From Octopus vulgaris (lineage: Eukaryota), in contig OX597815.1 in the NCBI GenBank assembly GCA_951406725.2, positions 209,622,001-209,686,000 on the forward strand: a stretch of DNA of 64,000 nucleotides. The letters run 5' to 3'. A program made the position numbers and the translations under genes. Positions 53,933-64,000 of this stretch are shown piece after piece (the first letter of the stretch is position 1; each line of letters starts with the position of its first letter). A model generated the notes under the pieces. That model saw nothing but the letters and a program-made list of their open reading frames with translations. It did no database searches and was not told where the DNA came from.

Positions 53933-54352
53933 GGCGCAGGAGTGGCTGTGTGGTAAGTAGCTTGCTAACCAACCAGATGGTTCCGGGTTCAGTTCCACTG
54001 CGTGGCACCTTGGGCAAGTGTCTTCTGCTATAGCCTCGGGCCGACCAATGCCTTGCGAGTGGATTTGGTAGACGGAAACTGAAAGAAGCCTGTCGTATAT
54101 ATGTGTATATATATATATGTGTATGTGTGTGTGTTTGTGTGTCTGTGTTTGTCCCCCTAGCATTGCTTGACAACCGATGCTGGTGTGTTTACGTCCCCGT
54201 TACTTAGCGGTTCGGCAAAAGAGACCGATAGAATAAGTACTGGGCTTACAAAGAATAAGTCGCGGGGTGGATTTGCTCGACTAAAGGCGGTGCTCCAGCA
54301 TGGCCGCAGTCAAATGACTGAAACGAGTAAAAGAGAGAAAGAGAGAGAAAGA
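53933..54352 (+). mobile_element. SINE family B
   Basis: Near-identical to the 27227 copy. Confidence 0.92.
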
Positions 54353-55071
54353 TATCACAGCTTTTGGGAGAGTTCAAAAACCAAGATCCTCTCTCCTCCG
54401 AATGATAGAAACAACTATTTTATGCAGCAGAACTGTAAACGCTTTGTGTTGTTTGATTGCAGTGATGAGCTCAAATTATTTCTCAATAATTGTAATCCAT
54501 TATTTGTCATACTGAAAGCACACGATCCACACTGCCCACATTACAATTACACTCAAACCCAATGGAAGCTTGTTATAGGGTTAACTTTTAACTCTGCCTC
54601 GTGTAAATATAAAGCAAGGAAAACAGAAACCATAACGCCTATCATTTTCAATTCAGTGATTAACATAAAAGAATAACTTTTAAATGAAAAGAACTTTGTT
54701 CTCAGTATTTCTAAAACAAATATCCAAACGTGCTAAATTTATCTTGACTATCGTAGCAAAGAAATAATAGATATGATCTGCTTGCTTAATTGAAGCTAGC
54801 TGAATCAAGATACCACTGTCTATTCGTGATACAGTTGTTAATTATAGGTAGTGCATCCGAGTGTAAAACAGTTGTTTGAAATGTTTTTGCGAGCAGCAAA
54901 GTTTTTATAACAATGTAAACAACGTTAGATTAGAAAATTGGATACGCAGAAGTTTGCTGAAACAAAATAAAAACACCTTCTTTGAAAAGAAAAAACAAAA
55001 GGCATCGTAGTTATGCAGTTATATGTTTTGAATATACATGTGTATATGTATATGTATATATATATATATAA

Positions 55072-55275
55072 AGTTAATCCAAACATGGAAACACAAAGAG
55101 AAAATACAACAACGCGAGGACGTGGAACAAATATAGTATTATTGGACGCTCAGGAAGGAAGGGAAGAAGGAGGGTTTTACGTTTTGAGCGGAGCACTTTG
55201 TCAGAAACATAGGAAAAGGAAAGATCCAGAGAAGGGAAGACGGAGTCAAAAAAATCGCCAACGGTACACACGCGG

Positions 55276-55279
<4 letters not shown>
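55072..55279 (-). mobile_element. (TA)n-bounded pLTR-like unit, third copy of the 5951/6210 family, with decayed hammerhead
   Basis: GTTT-CTGACAA-A-GTGC-TCC-GCTC-AAAA-CG-TA-AAAC at 55174-55208. Confidence 0.75.
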
Positions 55280-55341
<62 letters not shown>

Positions 55342-55499
55342 AAATAAGCAACAAGTAAATCCAACAAGGATATATATATATATACATATAGATATAGATA
55401 TATGTGTGTGTACACACACATGCACATACACACACACAACAAAATTTTAATTTAAGGAAAGAAAATAAAAAATATAAATTTGAAATAAGAAGCAATATA

Positions 55500-56735
55500 T
55501 ATTAGTAAAATGTGGTACGCATTTTTTATATACAGACACTAAGATGCAATCCAATAAAACCGCAATCAGTTTCAATATGAATTCTGAAACGTCTAAATGC
55601 GTTGATCAGGTGACCTTTATTTATGCTAGTCATATCGTCCTCAATAGCAGACATAGACGAGTTCTTGGTACCGTGGGCATTCTTGATCGTCTCGCTCTGA
55701 ACGACGTCCCGGACGTGGTGGTCCTTTGGATTTAAATAAGGAGAGCTAGGAGGCCAAATGCAAGAGAGAACATGATCATGAAGATTCTCGGGCATCTTCT
55801 CCTAGGTCGTACAGGTTTTGTGAGAAGGAGCAGAGTCTCTTCGTACATATATAGCCTCACTCGAGCAGCTCCCTCAGACCCAGGATTGGCAGCCTTCTCC
55901 ATTGTCTTGATGTAGGATTGACCCTTAGACTATGCGGGAAAAAGTGAGGTGGCATGTAGTGGTCTACATTGTTCTCGCGCAGCCCCTAGATCATTACAGA
56001 CGATGGAAACTTGGTATGCATAACAGAAGGGACTTAAATGGGATGGTTTAGAGCCATGTGTCATTCCGCCTGTTCACATTTTGATCTTGAACAAAGTCCT
56101 CTTCCTCGGAAGACCATAGCATATCGGGCTCCTTGCTTCGACCGAATCGCACGATTCTCCCGGGTGTTACCAGACATGAACCACCCACTTCTAATAACAT
56201 AGGATTTGTTATTAGACCTGGGTCTGAGAGAGCTGCTCGAGTGAGGCTATATATGTACGAAGAGACTCTGCCCCTTCTCACAAAACCTGTACGACCTAGG
56301 AGAAGATGCCCGAGAATGCCTTCGTGCATTACATGACTATTCTTTGACTCTGACACTTGGAGATGACTAGCAATGTTCTCATTGACTTGCTAGGGTGTTC
56401 ATTGATTACACCCTAGACTTGCTGGATAAATTCAACTGTTATAACACACGCGGACGGTCAAGAATGTTTTTTTTTTATCTGTTGGCCACGGAAGACACGT
56501 TTCTGCTAAAGACTCCGATCTCTTTTCTGATCTTAAATGCGAAGGACCCGAAGACATTTAAGAAGGCTGCAATTTTGGAATCACTGCTGTTGGCGACTAA
56601 GACATCGTTTGCGTTAGATTCAAAGTTGGGATGGTAAAAAGTGGAAATGTTTAATCAAAGACTTGGCTACTTATAGTCCTTAATAGGTTTGTTCTCAAAT
56701 AGGGCTTGCACTCTATATGATTACACCCCCCCCCA
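55500..56735 (-). mobile_element. Decayed Tc1/mariner-superfamily (maT/DD37D-like) transposon
   Basis: DSKIAAFLNV, WSSEEEDFVQDQNVNRRND, VMHTKFPSSVM, MPPHFF, DSAPSHK and WPPSSPYLNP in order on the minus strand; boundaries approximate. Confidence 0.82.
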
Positions 56736-57308
56736 TATATATGCATGTATGAGTATGATTTTAAACTGCATCCAGTAGTGGGACTCTGGTTTAGAGGTTC
56801 TAGCGTTTCGAGAAGTGTGGAACCGCATCTTAGCCACTATTCTTTCCAGACGTTCCCAGAACTACTCTAATCAACTCTGATCCGGAATAGTAGCATCTCT
56901 TAGGGTTCCAGCAATGGGTTAACTAGCACATGAGTGCCGGGGCGTTAGAAATGCTCCAGTTGGAGTTCAAAGGTGCAATAATACCTCTCGCAGTGAGGGA
57001 CTCCTAGTCATTCCTCTTAGTTATTTCTCTCGGAGAATGCTAACTCGTATATGAAACTCACTGTTCCACTGAGCCGGATACTTTGCACTCTGCTTGTCTC
57101 TAGGCTCCTTGGTATTGTTCGTGAGAGTTGTCGTGGTGTTGTGCAAGCACTTGCACGAGCATTGGTGACTATACCTGCTAGGGATGGTCATACTCATCTA
57201 ACGAGTTGCCAGCGCTCAAATGCCAAGATATATTTATGTATGAGTGTATAATAATGTATATCTATCTATCTATACATACATACAATATTATATGATTTAT
57301 ATATGCAT

Positions 57309-57360
<52 letters not shown>

Positions 57361-57373
57361 ACACACATATATA

Positions 57374-57407
<34 letters not shown>

Positions 57408-59409
57408 TATAGATATATAAGAGATAATTAAGACCCAAAGGTGTCAGGTAATACTGAATAAGTGCTATAGACAGACCATAGTTGAGTTCCAGATTCGGTA
57501 ATTTTGCGAATAAAGGGTTCAACGCTGGTTCTATGTCAGCGTGTGTATATAAGAATATTTTGCGTAATAAGATATGATTAAAATTCATAACAGTGACTTG
57601 AAACCAGTAAAAGAATAAAAGAATATTACAAAGATATTACAAAGTCTCTGTGTGTACGAAATGGTGTATTGTTGCTGCAGTTGGTTGGTGTCAGATCATT
57701 CCAGATCTTTGATTAAAGATGTTTACTCTATTCTGTTTTCATTTTAGAAATAATATACATACAGTATCATTATCCAAGATATCCCATTTTTTAGACGGTA
57801 GGTTGTGGTTTTAGGGAGACTTGTTGGCTATCTCTTGCAGCTCTAGTGACAGAGCGTAAGGCTTTTTCAGTTCTTATATACCAATGACTCTAGAGAAAAT
57901 GCCCAAAGCAGTAAATTGTGCGCCAAAGTTCTTAATTTAGTCATCCAGTAAATGCTAATTAAAAATTAAATTTTTCTAAATGCATGTTATTCTGGAGATG
58001 GAAGACTTGAGAGACAACATTTGAATTTAAATGAGTTAAAATTAATGAATAAGACGAGATAAGTACGGATTGACCGTTTGTCTTGGAGAAGTATGAGTAT
58101 AGCTTCAGGCGTGTGAGGTCTTACAAGATCTCATCAAGGAAGTATAGTCATCTACACCCAGATCTTTGAAAGTCTAGAGAAATTATTAGGAATTCAATTA
58201 ATGAACACTGAGAAGCGTATAAACTTAAAACAATCAGGAGAATAATCTGAGACGTTTGGTGCGTTAGACTTAGCTTCAGTGAGGAGGTCTAATAATACCA
58301 AAACATGTCCAGATTTGTCACTGCACTGCCTTCAAAGATCAGACTAATTCCACAGCCGACATTTACTTTTAATGAAGTCTAATTAATAAAAATTTTGGGA
58401 TGTTCTCTCTACTTTATCGAACAGAAGTAATTAATAAGATAATGATTTTATCTCCTCATTATGATTGTAATTTAGTTAAGTAAATATTTTCGGCTATTTT
58501 TATTAAGTATGTTAACGCTCTCTTTACTATTTACTTTTCATGCAGCTGGCGTCCATTGGTATTTTACTATAGTCATTCATTTACGTTGTCACGCTACTCG
58601 GTGTCCATTTACTAATATCTGATATATCTCTCAAGTCTGTCGGAGAATTGACAATAATGGTTAGAATGTAACCATTATTGTCACATCTAAACTGCTAGCT
58701 AGACTGTAAGACAATGATTTCCATCTATGCACTAAAGTTGTAATCTTAATACTTTAAAATTTCTCGTATAAATCAACATTATTCTATAGAAAATTGTTTC
58801 GAACTCTGATCTTATATGATTCTAAGTCAATTAGCAGTCACTTTACAATACAATACCAAAAGCCAGAAATACTAGGATTGCTCCAGAAATTAAAATTTCT
58901 CTTATAAATTCCTTGGAGGTTCATCAAACAACTGAGCAAACAATACTGCGAAAGAAGTGTGGCTCCAACCGAACGCTTCCCTAGTTTGACATTTTCACCA
59001 ATTAGCTTTACCTCAGAAAACTCTTTCTCGGTTTGAAGGATTTTACTTCCAACTTCTATCCTATTATTAGCCGTTGGCTTTGAGCTCGCCTGCTTCTTCA
59101 TAGTTATACACTATCCGCTGGTACATTACGAGATCATTAGCATGGTGTACTAGTCGATAAGTGCTACCAAATCCAGGACTCTAGGTTGTGTTAAGGTAAT
59201 TTACTGCAGTTTACTCTGCAGCCCACGTAAATGCAGGTGTTACCAGTTTCGAACATACTGGGGGATTTTGTCAATTAATAAGTAACAGCATTTTGTTTTC
59301 AATACCACAGGTTTCCAAACTGTAAAGTCAGACATTAGGAACAGTTTAAAGCATTCACCAGGATTAACTAATATTATTCTATGAAAGCAATATTATTTAA
59401 TCTTACGAT

Positions 59410-59620
59410 TAAGTGGCGAGCTGATAGAATCGTTAGCACGCCTGGTGAAATGCTTCGCAGTATTTCGTCTGTCTTCACGTTCTGAGTTCAAATTTCGCCG
59501 AGGTCGACTTTATCGTTCATCCCTTCAGGGTCGATAAATTAAATACCAGTTGAGTACTGGGGTCGATGTAATCGACTATCCCACCCCGCTCAAATTTCAA
59601 GCCTTGTAGAAAAAGATTAT
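59410..59620 (+). mobile_element. SINE family A
   Basis: Matches family consensus. Confidence 0.87.
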
Positions 59621-59741
59621 TTCATCTCATGATCGCACATGGTGAAAAATTAGTAGAATACATTGGGAGTATAAAATGATAGTACTGCATTTTGTATTAA
59701 AATTTCTTGTATAAATCTATACAAGACACAAGTGTATCAGC

Positions 59742-59855
59742 TTAACGCTCGGGAAGGTGAGAAGGTCTTTTATGTTTCGAGCCTACGCTCTTCAACAGAA
59801 AACGACACGAGAAAATAAACAGAGAGAATAAAAAAAGCTTTAGTGGCTTGCGGTC
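59742..59855 (-). mobile_element. pLTR-like module with hammerhead-like motif (family of 5756-5927)
   Basis: TTTT-CTGTTGA-A-GAGC-GTAG-GCTC-GAAA-CA-TA-AAAG. Confidence 0.55.
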
Positions 59856-59964
59856 ATATATATTTGTGTGTGTGTGTATGTGCGTGTATGTATGTATGTA
59901 TGTATGTATGTATGTATGTATGTATGTATGTATGTATGTATGTATGTATGTATGTATATGTGTG

Positions 59965-60340
59965 TGTGATAAGAAGCATGCCTCCAACCACATGGTCCCG
60001 AGTTCAGTCCCACTGCATGGCACCTTGGGCAAGTGTCCTCCACTATAGCCTCGGGCCAACCAAAGCCTTGTGAGTGGGTTTGGTAGACAAAAACTGAAAG
60101 CAACTCGTCGTGTGTGTATGTATGCGTTTGTGTGTGTTCGTCGTTGTGTCTGCGCTTCTCCGCCACCATTGCTTGCCAACCGATGTTATTGTGTTTACGT
60201 TCCTGTAACTTACCCATTTGACAAATATGACCGATAAAATAAGTACTAGGCTTACAAAGAATAAGTCCTGGGTTCGATTTCTTTGACAGAAACCCTTTAA
60301 GGCGATGCTCCGGTATGACCGTTGTTAAATAACTGAAACA
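59965..60340 (+). mobile_element. SINE family B, diverged
   Basis: aaccacatggtcccgagttcagtcccactgcatggcaccttgggcaagtg...ctgaaaca. Confidence 0.85.
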
Positions 60341-60349
60341 GCACGGAGT

Positions 60350-60400
60350 TTTGTCAGTGAACAGGTCGCGGTTTCAAAGCGACGAAAATATTTTGACAAA
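60350..60400 (+). ncRNA. Minimal hammerhead motif with G3:C8 core variant, within a module at about 60341-60540
   Basis: TTTGTCA-GTGAACA-G-GTCGC-ggtttcaaa-GCGAC-GAAA-ATAT-TT-TGACAAA; 7-bp stem I and 5-bp stem II are perfect. Confidence 0.6.
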
Positions 60401-61450
60401 TTAAATTTAAATGTTGAAGTGAATCTAACGGTTTTTGTGTGTTTCTTAAATGGCTTATAAACACCTTCCACACTGGAATTGTTTTCGTTCCAGCACGCGA
60501 TCTCAGATCAGGTCACTTGCTATGCAAGTACATCTCCGTATTGACATATTGTATTTTATTGAAACAGGCAACCAGATATTAGAGTCATGATTTGATAAGT
60601 TCTATTGACGAAACTTTTGTAAGAAATAGGAGTCGATTAACACTGTTGTTATTACTTTTCTGGTTGTTGTTTGCGGTGTTCCGTTAGGGGATCCTACTTC
60701 GTTAAGAGTCTATCGCTTGCAGTTCTTTTCTTCTTGTGGAATAGGTTTTTACTCCTACTTTTGTTTCAGCTTTTTTTGTTGTTTTATGTTTGTATTTCGA
60801 GGGAGTCTTTCAACTTCTTATTGTTCTCTCGAATAATAGTGGAATTAAGAAGCGCGCTAGTTTTAATATTGAATAGAAACACAGTATCTCATTTTTCATA
60901 TTCTCTGTTCATATGATACAAAATCAATTAAGTTGAAATTCGAGGTTTGCTCGATTATACATCTGATGCTTAAACTTATATCCTACAGAGAAGTAAAAGC
61001 ATATATTGTACTAATTAACATCAGAGGTTACAAATGTTTGGGAGTGAGAATCAAAATCCTGTGCTGTTTACATCCTTCTAAATAAACATTAGTAGTGTTA
61101 GAGCACAATCAACACCAAATCACTATTCTCTTAACCCTTGCTCTGTGGTATTCACTACAATGTCGGTAACATCTTGACATATAATGTAATATACTACATT
61201 TATAAGAACTTGAAGAAGTCATAAAACTGGTCTTGGAAGGCGGAAATATCTTGATAACTATTTAGCTCAATTGTTATATTTCCGTTGAAATAGAATCCCT
61301 TTGTTTCAATTAATTATCAAAATATGTTTCGAAAATAGAGTAACATAAAATTGTAAAGAAAGGTTTTTATTTGTTCTATATTTAAGAGATGAGGAATTAT
61401 GTACATTATTTACATTTGACGGATATTTGTCCTCATCTTGTGTGTTGTTA

Positions 61451-61494
61451 ACACAATGCTTCGGCTGATATACCCTCCAGCCTTCATCAGGTGT
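61451..61494 (-). ncRNA. Minimal type I hammerhead motif (mutated GAAG) within a pLTR-like fragment at about 61373-61512
   Basis: ACAC-CTGATGA-A-GGCTG-gagggtatat-CAGCC-GAAG-CA-TT-GTGT. Confidence 0.6.
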
Positions 61495-61512
61495 CTTGGG
61501 AAAATTTCGAAC

Positions 61513-61817
61513 CAAACTTTCAGCTGACCAAAAAGATATTCGGGTTTCGGTTGAACAAGATCTTGATTGTGTCGAGAACGAGGAAACCTTTTTTAAAACT
61601 TTGCACAGGCCTTTGAGCAGACATCACGAAGCTTTTGGCAAAATTTGATGCAGATTCTCTGCTTAACTTTCTCTGTCATGGCCAATGCGATATCACACGT
61701 TAAACATAGTGGACATGCAGAGCAGAGTTAAAGGTGAATCTGTGCCATGCAGCTTCACTTTGCGTGCTTTAGCTTCGTTCCAAAGCAACAGTCCGAATAC
61801 TTATTGATCAGACCACG
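61513..61817 (-). mobile_element. Rearranged mariner 5' remnant
   Basis: TIR-like cgtggtctgatcaataagtattcggac; MTEKVKQRICIKFCQKL on minus; LSADQKDIRVSVEQDLDCVENEETFFK on plus. Confidence 0.72.
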
Positions 61818-63244
61818 TTTAGTAATCTAAGTGAGCGTCACAGCTTAGGATATGGTCTTTAATACATACATACTTATACATAGAAATGCAAATTTGACAG
61901 CTAATGTTGGATTCATTTTAATAATTGTCAACACCATCGATCGAAATAGGAGGCTGTATGTGTTATAAGGGGCTAAAATAACACATTTTACAAGGTACGT
62001 CTTAATGGCATTATAACTCTCTCCACGGAGAAAAGTAACACACTGGGACCTATTATATTACACTAAGACAGTATACAGAGATTAGCATTGGTGCACGTGG
62101 ACCCGTGGGGCCCAATGTATCTTCATAGTATAATTATAACTTAGGATGGCATAAACCACTTCGATGTAACTACTTCCTGTAACACACACTGGATTAGATC
62201 AAGCCATTACCCAAGCAAGTACGTCTCTGCAATTAGAATATATTTTCTGTATGATCATCATTATTTCTTCAAGAAACGTATTTATGAATGCATATGTGTG
62301 CAAACGTGCTTTTATATACATTTGTATAAGTTGTGTAGTTTTAAATGTTTAAGCTTCTCTCTTCTGACATAAACAAATAAACAAATACAAATAATAATCA
62401 TCTCCATTGAAATTATTCAAAAACTAAGAGTGTTTGCGTCAAGGTATTTCAAAATGTTGAAATAGTGATTCTCAAAGATTTTTCTTTGATTAGAATTCTT
62501 TAAACAATCATTTTACCCGAGATCTTCAGAACAATTTTTACTGGCTAGACTGCATTTAGCTTTGTCAATAACTGAAGTAGGGCTTCTTTAAACTATAGAC
62601 TGTTTTTATTGCCCTCTTGAGCTTCTATGCTTGGCTGCAGCGTGCTTCCGACCGTTTCCCCGCTTAGGCCTATCAAATATAATTAGTTTCTTTTTGCTGT
62701 TCAGTTTAGCTTTGTTTTCCAAATGTTAGAAATTTTCGAATTAGGTTAGGGAAGAATAACAAACGAAACACCAAGAAAAAAAAGCAAAAACAAAACGAAA
62801 CAGAAAATTAGAAAGAAACATCAATATATAAAAATTTAAAAACTAAAAATGAATAAAGCAAATGAATTGAAGAAGAATAAAATAATGGCATACAGAGAAA
62901 CACAAAGCGAACCGACAATGACAACGAAAATAAATTCACTAAACAAAACAAACGCTTGTTGGATCTTAGACAGAAGAGAAGAGAAAGGAAAGGAGAGAAG
63001 TTAATGGTAATGGATATAAAGAATTTGCAGGGTTTCATTGCATGTTGAATGTCACGTGGAAGATTAAAGTGTGTACTGACAATCTGTACAAGATGGACAC
63101 TGTGTTTTTTGTTGTTGTCACATTAACTGATGTCTCCACTACGACGGACGGACAACTGTTCCCCCACCTCGTTCCGGCAATGCCCTCTTCACATACAGGC
63201 ATTTCAAACATCAGCAGAAACAGTAGCATCATCATCATCCCCGT

Positions 63245-63762
63245 CACCAGCACCAGCACCACCACCACCACCATCGCCACCACCATCGCAACCACCACCA
63301 CCACCATCGCCACCACCACCACCACCACCACCGCCACCACCACCACCACCACCACCACCACCACCACCACCACCACCACCACCACCACCACCACCACCAC
63401 CACCACCACCACCACCACCACCACCACCACCACCACCACCACCGCCACCACCGCCACCACCACCACCACCACCACCACCACGATGAGGTTATCATCATTA
63501 CCTCACTCCAGGTTCGACCAATGTTGATACTACCACTAGACTCCATCACTACTACTACTACCACCACTACTACTACCACTGCAACCACCACTACTACCAC
63601 CAGCACCACCACCACTACTACCACCACCACTACCACCACTACTACCACCACCACCACTACCACCACCACCACCACCACTACTACTACTACCACCACTACC
63701 ACACCACCACCACCACCACCACCACCACTACTACTACCACCACATACACCACCACCACCACC

Positions 63763-63812
<50 letters not shown>

Positions 63813-63830
63813 CACTACTGCTGCTGCCGC
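63245..63830. repeat. (CAC)n and (CAC/TAC)n microsatellite blocks
   Basis: Direct reading; explains the poly-Thr/Pro/Val ORFs. Confidence 0.97.
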
Positions 63831-64000
63831 TGCCATCTCCACCATCACATCCAAATTCACTTTTTTAACAAATCACTGTATTGTGAGGCAATGGTAATCT
63901 TACTGTATTATCTTTGTATTATTATTACCCTCAACTAACATGTAAGCTGTTAGCAATAGTTGCCAAAATCTTCCTCAGACCAATTCCTAGCTTATTTGGA

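Noticed and set aside
54167-54676. 169-aa ORF
   Set aside because: Starts inside SINE B and runs into AT-rich flank; no recognisable domain
57990-58400. Possible decayed L2/CR1 RT fragment (FKDLGV on minus)
   Set aside because: Single short motif, insufficient support

Overview
Eukaryotic, AT-rich, microsatellite-saturated genomic DNA that looks intergenic or intronic. The repeat families are consistent with an octopus (coleoid cephalopod) genome; this is an inference from pattern recognition, not a database match. I find no intact protein-coding gene, and nearly all listed ORFs are translations of microsatellites or SINEs. The window is a mosaic of: (i) four tRNA-headed SINE families (A-D) with about 30 copies, several with clear TSDs, swapped tails and tandem multimers; (ii) decayed non-LTR retrotransposons of five clades (Tx1/L1, R4/Dong, Hero/R2-like, RTE, CR1-like); (iii) DNA transposon remnants (mariner, Tc1/maT-like, Helitron, Helentron/HINE-like); and (iv) short non-coding modules, several bounded by (TA)n, carrying minimal type I hammerhead ribozyme (HHR) motifs typical of Penelope-like element pLTRs or retrozymes. 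The HHR set includes a tandem pair, a copy with an apparent compensatory G3:C8 core swap, and a perfect 218-bp palindrome built from half of such a motif. These modules are the most interesting signal in the window.
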